Shown: positions 1 through 8,804, counted from the first letter of the stretch. The stretch is 32,209 bases of DNA from an uncultured Bacteroidales bacterium (GCA_903928285.1 CAIYQH010000184.1:1-32209); one strand, 5' to 3'. The notes: a model not told the origin generated them from the sequence alone. Made by a program: numbers and translations.

Positions 1-32
1 AAATCAATGCCCATTTTTGCCAAAAATTGACC

Positions 33-1085
33 ATGGTAATCAAAGATTTTTTGCAAAAGCGCAAACTTCATTTTTTGGGTCAGCACCTGATTTTCTGGCT
101 GATCAGCGTGATTTTGTTTACCGTGGTGCTGATCTACACCCGCGGGGATTTTAACTTTTACAGCATCAGCCTCCGCATGGCCTTCAACATCCTGATGACC
201 ATCGGGTTCCTGGCCATCTCCGTTTATATCAACCTGCTATGGCTCATCCCCACATTTTTTAATAAAAGAAAGTTCTTCCTGTTTTTCCTGCTCGAAATCG
301 CCAACATCCTTCTTTTTATTCTCCTGAATTATTTCATGACCTATTTTTTTGAAGGAGGAAAACATCCAAGTTTTTTAACGGAATTCATTGCTGAATTTAT
401 CCTGGTTCTGATGTTCCTGATCCTCTCCACGCTGTTGAAGGTGATGCGCGATTCGATTACCCTCCAGGATGTCGAACTGCGGATGAAGGAGGTGCAGAAG
501 CAAAAGGTCGAATCAGAACTCAGGGCGCTCAAGGCTCAGGTCAATCCCCACTTCTTCTTCAACACGCTGAACAGCCTTTATTCACTGAGCCTCGACAAGT
601 CGGACATGGCGCCGGAGCTGATCCTGAAACTCTCCGACCTGATGCGGTATGTCATTTACGAGTCGAACGACGACCTGGTGCCGGTTGGGAAACAACTGGA
701 ATTCCTGCAAAGTTATGTCTATCTTGAACGGCTGCGGGCAGGTGATAGCCTGCAGGTTGATTTCGATGTAAAGGGTAATAACCTCGATCTTAAAATTGCC
801 CCCCTGCTTTACATCGCCTTTATTGAGAATGCCTTTAAACACGGAGCTAAGACAAAAAGCGACGACCCTTATATCCACATTGCCTTTGACCTTGAATGCG
901 ATGACCGGGTGGGTTTTTTCATCGAGAACCGGGTTGACCCTTTCCGCGATCAAAAGAAGTCAGGTGGCTTTGGTTTGTCAAATGTGACGAAACGGCTCGA
1001 TTTGCTCTATCCCGGCAAATACGAGATGAAAATTCAGGATTCGGCATCCGTTTATCGGGTTGATTTAACTATTTTAGTGGCATGA
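33..1085 (+). CDS. LytS/YehU-family membrane sensor histidine kinase
   Basis: The N-terminal ~150 aa form several hydrophobic helices. The His_kinase box 'QVNPHFFFNTLNSLYSL' and the HATPase region 'IENAFKHG ... GGFGLSNVTKRL' are present. The track start at 27 is TTG; the first ATG is at 33. The stop overlaps the next gene's ATG (ATGA at 1082-1085). Confidence 0.85.
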   Translation: MVIKDFLQKRKLHFLGQHLIFWLISVILFTVVLIYTRGDFNFYSISLRMAFNILMTIGFLAISVYINLLWLIPTFFNKRKFFLFFLLEIANILLFILLNYFMTYFFEGGKHPSFLTEFIAEFILVLMFLILSTLLKVMRDSITLQDVELRMKEVQKQKVESELRALKAQVNPHFFFNTLNSLYSLSLDKSDMAPELILKLSDLMRYVIYESNDDLVPVGKQLEFLQSYVYLERLRAGDSLQVDFDVKGNNLDLKIAPLLYIAFIENAFKHGAKTKSDDPYIHIAFDLECDDRVGFFIENRVDPFRDQKKSGGFGLSNVTKRLDLLYPGKYEMKIQDSASVYRVDLTILVA

Positions 1086-1798
1086 ACATACGCTGCCTGA
1101 TCATTGACGACGAACCGCTGGCACAGCGCGTCATCGAGAAATACGCCGAAAATATCCCCTTCCTGGAGATCGTGCAGAAATGCAACAATGCCATAGAGGC
1201 GATCGAGGTATTGCACAACCAGGAGGTAGACCTTTTATTCCTCGACATCAACATGCCCAGGCTGAGCGGGATGGATTTTCTGAAAACCCTGAAAAACGCG
1301 CCCCTCGTCATCATCACCACCGCCTATGCCGAATACGCCATACAGGGGTATGAGCTGGATGTGGTCGACTACCTGATGAAACCGTTTCCCTTTGACAGGT
1401 TTTATAAAGCGATCCAGAAGGCCGAGGAGCTGATAAAAGGCAGGGAATTGCCCCATGCCGAACCAAAAGAGGCCCACAGGCAGGAGGAGACCTTTATTTT
1501 CGTGAAATCCAGCAAGAAAACCTACAAGGTAAACCTCGACGAAATATTATACATTGAAGCGCTTGGCGACTATGTCAAGATCTATACGAACGAAAAAATG
1601 ATCATCAGCTACCAGTCGCTGAAAAATATCGAAGCGCTGCTGCCGGCCAGCTCATTTCCCAGGATCCATAAGTCGTTTATCATAGCCCTGTCGCGGATCG
1701 ACCTGATCGAAGGCAATCATGTAAAGATACGGGACCGGCAGATCCCGATCGGTACCAATTTCAAGAATGAGTTTGATAAGCTGATCAAGTCTATTTAA
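1082..1798 (+). CDS. LytTR/AlgR-family response regulator (REC + LytTR DNA-binding domain)
   Basis: Receiver motifs 'CLIIDDEP', 'LLFLDINMP' and 'MKPF' are present. The C-terminal LytTR-like segment reads 'ILYIEALGDYVKIYT ... FPRIHKSFIIAL'. It is translationally coupled to the upstream kinase. Confidence 0.9.
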   Translation: MNIRCLIIDDEPLAQRVIEKYAENIPFLEIVQKCNNAIEAIEVLHNQEVDLLFLDINMPRLSGMDFLKTLKNAPLVIITTAYAEYAIQGYELDVVDYLMKPFPFDRFYKAIQKAEELIKGRELPHAEPKEAHRQEETFIFVKSSKKTYKVNLDEILYIEALGDYVKIYTNEKMIISYQSLKNIEALLPASSFPRIHKSFIIALSRIDLIEGNHVKIRDRQIPIGTNFKNEFDKLIKSI

Positions 1799-1834
1799 TG
1801 CAAGCAATGCAAGCAATGCAGGCGACTTATGGGG

Positions 1835-2506
1835 TCAGGGGACGCGGAGGGAGATGCCGCGGAAGTATTCGAGCAGGGAGCCAGTGATGATAAATGCCCC
1901 GATGATCATAAACAGCAGGCCGACGATCCTGTTCATCCAGAGCTTTACCTGGGGATTGCCGGCAACTTTGATTTTGTTTGCAAGAACTACCTTGAGGATG
2001 TCGGTCATCAGGATCACCGACAGGGTCCCGATAAAAAACAGGGCCACCGCCCGCTGATCCCCGCCGTAGGTGGCATTGATGGCCAGCATGGAGGTGATCC
2101 AGAAAACCCAGAGAAACGGGTTGGCGAAGTTGAGGACAAATCCTTTGAAGAAGTACGGCAGCGGACCCTTTTGCTTTACCCTTATTTCATTGATGGCTTC
2201 AACCTGTTCGGTTTGGGGAACCTTTTTAAAGAAGGTAAACAGGCCATAAACAGACATCACGATACCGCCGATAATCCCCAGCACCAGGTGGTATTTGGGG
2301 TTGGTAACAATGGCAGAGGCGCCGAAATAGAATCCCACCACCAGCGCCAGGTCGCTTACAAATATCCCGGCAGCAAGGAATATCCCGATTTTAATGCCAT
2401 GCTTGATGCTCGTCTGGAGCAGGGCAAACAGGGCAGGCCCGACCGAAATGGCAACCGTCAGCCCCAGGATTATCCCTTCAAATAATGGATGTAAGATCGA
2501 ACTCAA
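1835..2506 (-). CDS. LysE/RhtB-family amino-acid (or small-metabolite) exporter
   Basis: A 223-aa polytopic membrane protein with the N-terminal 'GIILGLTVAISVGPALFALL' pattern typical of LysE-type translocators. The only possible start upstream of the conserved GP is TTG at 2506, which overlaps the GH3 stop. Confidence 0.75.
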   Translation of the reverse strand: MSSILHPLFEGIILGLTVAISVGPALFALLQTSIKHGIKIGIFLAAGIFVSDLALVVGFYFGASAIVTNPKYHLVLGIIGGIVMSVYGLFTFFKKVPQTEQVEAINEIRVKQKGPLPYFFKGFVLNFANPFLWVFWITSMLAINATYGGDQRAVALFFIGTLSVILMTDILKVVLANKIKVAGNPQVKLWMNRIVGLLFMIIGAFIITGSLLEYFRGISLRVP

Positions 2507-4047
2507 TTATGGGTCTGTGTTTTGTAAATCCTTAAATATTCTTCCCATTTTTCCAGCTGGTCATTTTTCAATACCCTGGGAAACTTGTGCGCCCCTCCCT
2601 CTTTCCCACGGGATTTCATCCAGTCGTGAAACACTTGCAAAGGTAATACTTCAACCAATACATTTTTAATAGCCTCAATACGCTCAACCCGGTAATCGTC
2701 ATTCAGCACCTTGAGATATTCATCAAGCTTCACCACAGCAAGTGCAGGGTTCAGTGCATCGTCGGTACCCAGGTACCACTGGTGGGCAAAAAGGTTGCCA
2801 AAACGGACTCCCGTCAGGGTGAATTCGTTGATCTTCACATTGAGTTCATCCTGGAGCATACGGATGGCACGGTTGATGTTGTCCTGCGATAAATGTTCCC
2901 CGCACAAACTGATAAACTGCTTGGTACGGCCGGTCAGCACGATTTCGCTTCGTTCTTTCGACACAAATTTTATCGTATCCCCGATCAGGTATCGCCAGGC
3001 TCCCGCACAGGTTGTCAGCAGCAACGCATATTCGCGGCCCTCCTCCACCTGCCCGATGGTGAGTGTTTCGGGATCAGGCTTCAAATCGCCATCTGCATCG
3101 AAATTGCGGTCGTTATAGGGAATAAATTCAAAATAGATACCATTGTCGAGGATCAGCTGCATCCCCTTGCTGTTGCCGGGGCGCTGGAAGGCAATATATC
3201 CTTCTGAGGCAAGATAGGATTCATTATAGAGGATCGGGTGGCTGAACAGTTTTTCAAAACTCCGGATATAGGGTTCAAAGGAGACCCCGCTGTGCACATA
3301 GGCAGATAAATTCGGCCAGATATCATGAATGGTTTCAACACCGTAATATTCGATGATTTTTTCAAGGATGATCTGGATCCAGGCGGGAACCCCTACGATG
3401 ATGCCGATATCCCAGTTCCTGGCCTCCCTGACGATTTCGGTCAGCTTCACCGACCACTCGTGTTCCCTTGAGATCCGGCGGCCCGGCTTGTAGAAATGCT
3501 GAAACCAGAAGGGTATGTTCTTGGCGGTAATCCCGGAAAGATCGCCCTGATAGTAGGTGCCGTTGTACTGGAGATGCGTGCTGCCGCCGATCATTAAGAT
3601 GCCCTTTTCATAAAATTCGTCGGGAAATCCGTATTTGGTCGCCGAAATCAGCTGTCTGACGCTGGCTTTCTGCATGGCGCGCAACATGTCGGGCGTAACG
3701 GGGATGTGTTTTGAGGATGCTTCTGAAGTTCCGGAGGTAAGGGCAAAATACTTTACTTTACCCGGCCAGGCAACATAGGGCTCTCCGTTGAGACTCCGGT
3801 ACCACCAGTTTTTAAACATCGACCCGTAATCATGCACCGGAACCTGGCTGCTGAATTGACCGGAAAAGTCCTGACGGCCAAGAATCCCGCTGAAATTGTA
3901 ATGCTCCCCAAAAGCCGTGTCCTGGGCCTTGATGAGTAATTTTTTCAGCACCCTGTTTTGCTCAAGAACAGGATTCCTGTTCTTGATATCAATAGGTAAC
4001 TGACGGAGTTCATAGGCTTTCCGGATGATTGAACCAAGGATTGGCAT
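2503..4047 (-). CDS. GH3-family protein (ANL-superfamily acyl-acid amido synthetase-like; annotated 'GH3 auxin-responsive promoter family' in Bacteroidota)
   Basis: 514 aa. Contains the adenylation motif 'ALTSGTSEASSKHIP', then 'YLASEGYIAF' and 'GAWRYLIGDTIKF' (compare plant GH3 'YASSE' and 'GLYRYRxGD'). ATG at 4047. Confidence 0.85.
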   Translation of the reverse strand: MPILGSIIRKAYELRQLPIDIKNRNPVLEQNRVLKKLLIKAQDTAFGEHYNFSGILGRQDFSGQFSSQVPVHDYGSMFKNWWYRSLNGEPYVAWPGKVKYFALTSGTSEASSKHIPVTPDMLRAMQKASVRQLISATKYGFPDEFYEKGILMIGGSTHLQYNGTYYQGDLSGITAKNIPFWFQHFYKPGRRISREHEWSVKLTEIVREARNWDIGIIVGVPAWIQIILEKIIEYYGVETIHDIWPNLSAYVHSGVSFEPYIRSFEKLFSHPILYNESYLASEGYIAFQRPGNSKGMQLILDNGIYFEFIPYNDRNFDADGDLKPDPETLTIGQVEEGREYALLLTTCAGAWRYLIGDTIKFVSKERSEIVLTGRTKQFISLCGEHLSQDNINRAIRMLQDELNVKINEFTLTGVRFGNLFAHQWYLGTDDALNPALAVVKLDEYLKVLNDDYRVERIEAIKNVLVEVLPLQVFHDWMKSRGKEGGAHKFPRVLKNDQLEKWEEYLRIYKTQTHN

Positions 4048-4093
4048 CGGGCAGGGATAATTTGAAAAAACGAGTAGGTAAATTTACAAAAAA

Positions 4094-5191
4094 ATGGTTA
4101 ATTTCGAATTTTATATGGAGTATATGCTAAAACCATTGCGGAATCTATTGCGGATGCTGGCAATCCTTTCCGGGATCTTGCTGCTGATGGTGGCTGGTTT
4201 CTTTCTATTCCTAACCCTGACGGAGTTCTCACCACCGCCGAAATTGGCGCCTTTGATTACAGGAAAAGGTAAAACATTGGACAGAACAAAACGTATTTTC
4301 ACATTCTTTACCTGGAATATCGGTTATGCCGGACTAGGTAAGGAGATGGATTTCTTTTATGAGGGAGGAACCCTGGTCATGCCGGAAAAGGAGCAGTTCG
4401 ACCGCTATTTCGGGGGTATAAAAAAGACTGTACTGGCGCACGATTCGGCCGATTTCATCTTTCTTCAGGAGGTGGATGTCCATTCGAAAAGGTCATGGTT
4501 TTTTGATGAATATTCAGCGCTTTCTGAAAAGCTGAATGGTTTTTTCAACGTTTTCAGCCAAAACTATGGCTGCCGGTATATCCCGGTCCCGCTCCATGAA
4601 CCCATGGGGAGGGTAAAGGCTGGCCTGGCAACCTTTTCAAAACCGAAACCCGAAAGCGCACAGGTGCGTTATTTCAAAACAGATATGTCATGGCCCAAGC
4701 GGCTGGCCTTTCTGAAGCGCTGCTTTATCCTGCTGCGCTACCCGCTGGATAACGGGAAAGAGCTGGTCGTCCTGAACACCCACAATTCGGCCTATGATTC
4801 GACAGGGGTGTGGCTGAAAAAAGAACTGGCGCTGCTTGATTCAACCATGCAGTCTGAGTTTCAGCGGGGAAATTATGTGGTTGCAGGCGGCGACTGGAAC
4901 AGCAATCCCCGTGGGTATACAACAAAAAATATGATTTCGGGCGACAGGGCCACCCTGGTCGACCCACAGATCGAACCGGGTTTTGCACCTGGGTGGGAAT
5001 TCGTGTTTGATCCCCGGTACCCCTCCAACCGTGCGGTGGATAAGGCCTACAGGAAGGGTATTACAAAAACAACCCTCATTGATTTTTTCGTGGTTTCTCC
5101 CAATATTTCGGTGACGCAGGTGCACACCATCCCTCTTGGTTTTGCCGATTCTGACCACAACCCCGTGGTGATGACCATCAGGTTAAAATAG
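4094..5191 (+). CDS. Membrane-anchored endonuclease/exonuclease/phosphatase (EEP) family protein
   Basis: Has an N-terminal TM helix 'LAILSGILLLMVAGFFLFL'. EEP catalytic motifs 'FLQEVD', 'VLNTHN', 'GGDWNS' and 'SDHNPV' are present. The true start could be Met8 or Met11 (4115/4124), because a TAAATTTA box sits at 4079-4086. Confidence 0.8.
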   Translation: MVNFEFYMEYMLKPLRNLLRMLAILSGILLLMVAGFFLFLTLTEFSPPPKLAPLITGKGKTLDRTKRIFTFFTWNIGYAGLGKEMDFFYEGGTLVMPEKEQFDRYFGGIKKTVLAHDSADFIFLQEVDVHSKRSWFFDEYSALSEKLNGFFNVFSQNYGCRYIPVPLHEPMGRVKAGLATFSKPKPESAQVRYFKTDMSWPKRLAFLKRCFILLRYPLDNGKELVVLNTHNSAYDSTGVWLKKELALLDSTMQSEFQRGNYVVAGGDWNSNPRGYTTKNMISGDRATLVDPQIEPGFAPGWEFVFDPRYPSNRAVDKAYRKGITKTTLIDFFVVSPNISVTQVHTIPLGFADSDHNPVVMTIRLK

Positions 5192-5266
5192 GTACAACGG
5201 ACATAAGCCTGCATCCAAAGAGCCTTTTTTCTGATCTTCAATGAGATCAGGCATGGATTTTTAGGG

Positions 5267-5274
5267 TAAATTTG
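5267..5274 (+). promoter_or_regulatory. Candidate -7 box (TAAATTTG) upstream of the pseudouridine synthase gene
   Basis: Exact TAnnTTTG match 62 nt upstream of the ATG at 5336. No -33 TTTG lies at the proper spacing. Confidence 0.3.
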
Positions 5275-5335
5275 CAAAATGTTTACGGAGATACAAATCA
5301 TTCCCTGATCTTCCGAATCATTAAAAAAGCAAACC

Positions 5336-6211
5336 ATGAAGGTGAAAATTAAAAAAGAGACCAACCTGCTCGACCACCTGCTGGAGGAGTTCCAGTCGGC
5401 GTCGAAAACAACGGTCAAGCAGCGCATCGTGCATGGTAATGTGCGGGTGAACGGGAAAATGGTTACAAACCCTGCCGTGATGCTGAAGGCGGGCGATACC
5501 GTTGATTATGTGAAGCAGGCTGTGAAGATCAACAAGGTGAAACCACCTTACCAGGTGCTGTTTGAAGATGATGCCATCCTGGTCGCCGTAAAACCGGCCG
5601 GATTGCTTACCATTGGCGACCGCGGGCTCGGGGGAACCTCCTTCTACCAGCTGATGCAGGCCTATGTCAAGGAGAATTCAAAAGGGAAGGAGCGCCTGTT
5701 TGTGGTTCACCGCCTCGACCGGGAAGTTTCGGGGATCCTGATCTTTGCCAAAAGCGAGGCGCTGCAGGAGGAGATCAAGAACCACTGGATGGACACGAAA
5801 AAGCTTTATTATGCCCTGGTTGAAGGGCAACCGGCGGAGGACAAGGGAACCATCCGCAGCTGGCTGGTCGAGGGGCGGGATCAGAAGGTCTATTCGGTTA
5901 AAATTGAGGAGGGGGCCAAACTCGGCATCACCCACTTCCGTGTGATGGACCGAACCCCCGATTACGCCCTGCTGGAGGTTGAACTGGAGACCGGGAGGAA
6001 AAACCAGATCCGCGTTCATCTTTCGGAGATGGGCTGTCCTGTGGTGGGCGATCGCCGTTATGGCGCCGACGCACAGTATGAGCGCCGGATCAGGCTCCAT
6101 GCATTTTATCTCTCCATCCGCCACCCGGTTACCGGCAGCCTTGTAGACTTTAAAAGCAAGATGCCCAAGGGGTTTCTGGAACTGAAGCCGCACGATGAGA
6201 AATACAAATAA
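5336..6211 (+). CDS. RluA-family pseudouridine synthase with N-terminal S4-like domain
   Basis: Contains the catalytic motif 'HRLDREVSGILIFAK' and the 'GRKNQIRVHL' motif. 291 aa. Confidence 0.9.
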   Translation: MKVKIKKETNLLDHLLEEFQSASKTTVKQRIVHGNVRVNGKMVTNPAVMLKAGDTVDYVKQAVKINKVKPPYQVLFEDDAILVAVKPAGLLTIGDRGLGGTSFYQLMQAYVKENSKGKERLFVVHRLDREVSGILIFAKSEALQEEIKNHWMDTKKLYYALVEGQPAEDKGTIRSWLVEGRDQKVYSVKIEEGAKLGITHFRVMDRTPDYALLEVELETGRKNQIRVHLSEMGCPVVGDRRYGADAQYERRIRLHAFYLSIRHPVTGSLVDFKSKMPKGFLELKPHDEKYK

Positions 6212-6259
6212 AATATGAAGAGAATTACCGGTGAAGTGACAAGTGAAATTTCCCTGACG

Positions 6260-7069
6260 TTAAACCTCCATCCGGAATCCCCGCTGCCGCATGGCCTCAA
6301 AGATCACGATGGCGGCTGAGGCGGAAACATTCATTGAATCGATCTTTCCCATCATCGGGATCTTTATCAGTTCGCCGGCTCCTTCAAGCCAGGCGCTGCT
6401 AAGCCCGTTGGCCTCCGAACCCATGATGATGGCGGCGGGCTGCCTGAAATCGGTTTCGTGGTACCATTGTGTGGCCGTAAGGGCTGTGCCGAACATCCGG
6501 ATGCCGGATTGACACATCCAGGCAATGGTCTCTTCTGAAGAGGCCGTCACCACCGGCATCGTAAAAATGCACCCGATGCTGGAACGGATGGCGTTGGGGT
6601 TGTAAATGTCGGTTTGCGGATCGCAGATGATCACTGCATCGAGGTTGGCGGCATCGGCCGTGCGCAGGAGGGCGCCCAGGTTTCCCGGTTTTTCAACTGT
6701 TTCAAGAACAAGCAGGAGCGGTGTTTTTCGCAATTTCAGATCACTGAAATCAAGCCGTTTGGGTTCAGCCAGGGCAATCAGCCCGTCGCGGTCGTTGCGG
6801 TAGGCCATCCTGTTGAATACCTCCTTAGTGACTTCGACGACCTCCACGTTGCCGGCCGATGGCACCAGCGATCGCAGTTCGGCATCAGAGACAAACTCGG
6901 GGGTGAAAAAAAGATCGGTCAGGGTGAAGCTGCTGGCAATGGCCAGCCTGATCTCACGTAGTCCTTCGATGATGATCCTGTTTTGTTCCTTCCGGGCACG
7001 GGGTTTCTCGCCGAGCAGCAGCACATTCTTGATGAGCGGATTTGAAAAACTTGAAATGACTCTGGACAT
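6260..7069 (-). CDS. TrmH/SpoU-family RNA 2'-O-methyltransferase
   Basis: SpoU motifs 'VEKPGNLGALLRTADAANLD', 'IIMGSEANGLS' and 'IPMMGKIDSMNVSASAAIVIFE' are present. It lies 13 nt downstream of the hydrolase gene on the same strand. Confidence 0.9.
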   Translation of the reverse strand: MSRVISSFSNPLIKNVLLLGEKPRARKEQNRIIIEGLREIRLAIASSFTLTDLFFTPEFVSDAELRSLVPSAGNVEVVEVTKEVFNRMAYRNDRDGLIALAEPKRLDFSDLKLRKTPLLLVLETVEKPGNLGALLRTADAANLDAVIICDPQTDIYNPNAIRSSIGCIFTMPVVTASSEETIAWMCQSGIRMFGTALTATQWYHETDFRQPAAIIMGSEANGLSSAWLEGAGELIKIPMMGKIDSMNVSASAAIVIFEAMRQRGFRMEV

Positions 7070-7082
7070 AATGCTTAATGGT

Positions 7083-8252
7083 TCATTTTTTTACAATCCT
7101 GCTAATGCGCGTCGTTTCTGAGGTGCGAATTTGTGCGAGGTAGATCCCTCTTTTCCACGATGTCATATCGAGTACCAGGTGGAATTGGTTTTCCTCGGGA
7201 ATCATGTTTACAGCATATATCTTCCTGCCATCAATATCGGTAATTGTGACAAAGATAGGCTCTTTCGCCTTACAGTTTCCGGCCATCACGGTAATATCGC
7301 CAGTGGGATTTGGAAATACAACAGGTTTTTCCGGCGATCCTCCCGGAGAAACAGATGTTGTGGTGCAGGACTGCTGAAAGGTAATCCGTTCTGAACTGCT
7401 CAGCGAATCGTTGAAAACCGACCAGGCAGCGGGCTGTTTTTTAAGGTAACAGGCTAGATAGGGTATTGTGAAGTCAAGCGTGACGGCATGTTGCTGGTCG
7501 CGCGTGATGGTAAAGGCAGGGCACCCGATCTCCCCGAGTGAACAGATGAAATTGGCGTCGGCAAAATAGCAGTGACCGCCCCCTTTGATGTTGATAAAAT
7601 TTTTACAGCCGCTTGCCAGCGAATCGTACATGGGTAACTGGTTGGTTGACGGCGGGGCAACACAATCCAACTCGGCCGAAAACACCAGTGAAGGGAGGGT
7701 GATATTTCGTGCCGCGGCAATGGCCGATGGGATGGTTTCGGCTGCGGCCAGGGTTACCATCACAGTTGGAACAGCGTTATTCTGACAGGCGAGGAAAGAG
7801 GCGCCACCCCCCATTGAATGGCCCATGATGGCCGAAGTGCTGTCGACATGCTGGAAAAAGGGCGAAATGGGATTCATCCCTTCGGCCTTCATCTGCACGA
7901 CCAGGAATGCCAGGTCGGCCCCGTATGCGGCATGATTGGGCGAAAGCGAGGTTTCCGTCTTTGGGAAAACCAGAAGGTAACCCTCCGGCACCATCGCATC
8001 CCTGAAATAGAAGTAGGAATCATACGCTATCTGAAATCCGTGGCCAAAAACGATCACCGGGAACAAACCGGCTGCCACGGGGGTGTTTTCGCCGGCAACA
8101 GATGCTGCATAATAGATTTCACAGGGAACCGGGCGGTTTCCCCGGGTTGAGTCGATGAAGGTAACCGACCGGTGCCCTACCGGGTAGTTTTGCGACCAAA
8201 GGGATGGCGAAAACCCTAAAAATAGTGTTAATAAATAAACAACTTTTCTCAT
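7083..8252 (-). CDS. Secreted alpha/beta-hydrolase (cutinase / dienelactone-hydrolase / PETase-like serine esterase) with T9SS C-terminal sorting domain
   Basis: Signal peptide 'MRKVVYLLTLFLGFSPSLWSQ' from the ATG at 8252; the track's extra 13 codons are unlikely to be translated. Nucleophile elbow 'IMGHSMGGG' (Ser codon 7815-7817), acid motif 'SAELDCVAPP' and His motif 'GGGHCYF' are present. The last 79 aa (7086-7322), 'VVFPNPTGDITV...ITDIDGRKIY...KRGIYLAQI...IVKK', fit the T9SS type-A CTD. Confidence 0.8.
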   Translation of the reverse strand: MRKVVYLLTLFLGFSPSLWSQNYPVGHRSVTFIDSTRGNRPVPCEIYYAASVAGENTPVAAGLFPVIVFGHGFQIAYDSYFYFRDAMVPEGYLLVFPKTETSLSPNHAAYGADLAFLVVQMKAEGMNPISPFFQHVDSTSAIMGHSMGGGASFLACQNNAVPTVMVTLAAAETIPSAIAAARNITLPSLVFSAELDCVAPPSTNQLPMYDSLASGCKNFINIKGGGHCYFADANFICSLGEIGCPAFTITRDQQHAVTLDFTIPYLACYLKKQPAAWSVFNDSLSSSERITFQQSCTTTSVSPGGSPEKPVVFPNPTGDITVMAGNCKAKEPIFVTITDIDGRKIYAVNMIPEENQFHLVLDMTSWKRGIYLAQIRTSETTRISRIVKK

Positions 8253-8347
8253 TTTTTTAAAAAAAAGCACCCTGGAACAGGGATAAAACATTTATTTTTT
8301 AATTGATTTACAACGTTTTTCATAAAAAATGAATTTTTTTTCATTTC

Positions 8348-8381
8348 TTTGCCGCAGAATTGAAAAACATTCCTATATTTG
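8348..8381 (+). promoter_or_regulatory. Bacteroidota sigma-A type promoter for the Rrf2/NO-reductase gene block
   Basis: TTTG at 8348-8351 and TATATTTG (TAnnTTTG) at 8374-8381. The spacer is 22 nt, one more than the usual 19-21. The box ends 24 nt before the ATG at 8406. Confidence 0.45.
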
Positions 8382-8405
8382 CGTATTCAAATACCTTAAT
8401 AATCC

Positions 8406-8804
8406 ATGTCCAAGATTTTTGCCCTGTCTGAAGCCTCTTCGATCGCGATCCACAGCATGGTATTAATTGCCCGTTCAGGAAATGGAATCAATGCAGTAAA
8501 AATAGCTGAAATTACCGGATTTTCAAAAAATCACATTGCAAAGGTGCTGCAGCGGCTTGTCAAGAACGACATGCTGAAGTCGGTCAGGGGGCCCTCCGGG
8601 GGCTTTTCAATGAAGATGGATCCGAAAGCCATCAGTTTGCTGGATATTTATCAATCGATCGAAGGCAATCTCGATGTGGGTGAATGCCCCTTGTCCTATG
8701 AACTCTGTGGTTTCGACCGTTGCCTTATGGGAACCGTGGTGAACAGACTGACCTCCGAATTCAGGAAATTCCTGCAGGAACAGACCTTACAATCCTACTT
8801 ATAA
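8406..8804 (+). CDS. Rrf2-family transcriptional regulator, NsrR/IscR-like with three-Cys cluster-binding motif
   Basis: wHTH region 'IAEITGFSKNHIAKVLQRL' and 'RGPSGGF' are present. Cys94, Cys101 and Cys106 ('GECPLSYELCGFDRC', nt 8685-8723) sit where Rrf2 Fe-S ligands are found. It is located directly upstream of an NO reductase. Confidence 0.85.
   Translation: MSKIFALSEASSIAIHSMVLIARSGNGINAVKIAEITGFSKNHIAKVLQRLVKNDMLKSVRGPSGGFSMKMDPKAISLLDIYQSIEGNLDVGECPLSYELCGFDRCLMGTVVNRLTSEFRKFLQEQTLQSYL

Noticed and set aside
1799-1820. Tandem 9-mer TGCAAGCAA x2.4 between the convergent response-regulator and LysE genes
   Set aside because: It is a very short microsatellite-like duplication in a 36-nt spacer, with no hairpin or coding potential. 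It is probably a slippage product of no functional consequence.
1829-2485. 218-aa + strand ORF antisense to the LysE gene
   Set aside because: It is acidic and Gly/Pro/His-rich with no hydrophobic or family pattern. The opposite strand encodes a coherent LysE-type membrane protein. This is a shadow ORF.
4078-4087. Perfect palindrome GTAAATTTAC in the GH3/EEP divergent region as a bidirectional -7 box
   Set aside because: It reads TAAATTTA on both strands, so it lacks the terminal G of TAnnTTTG. No correctly spaced -33 TTTG is present. It is mentioned only as support for a downstream Met start of the EEP gene.
8259-8282. CCCTG-gaa-CAGGG hairpin followed on the minus strand by a T8 run, directly upstream of the hydrolase start
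   Set aside because: The stem is only 5 bp with a 3-nt loop. No minus-strand gene upstream would need terminating. It is most likely just AT-rich promoter DNA.
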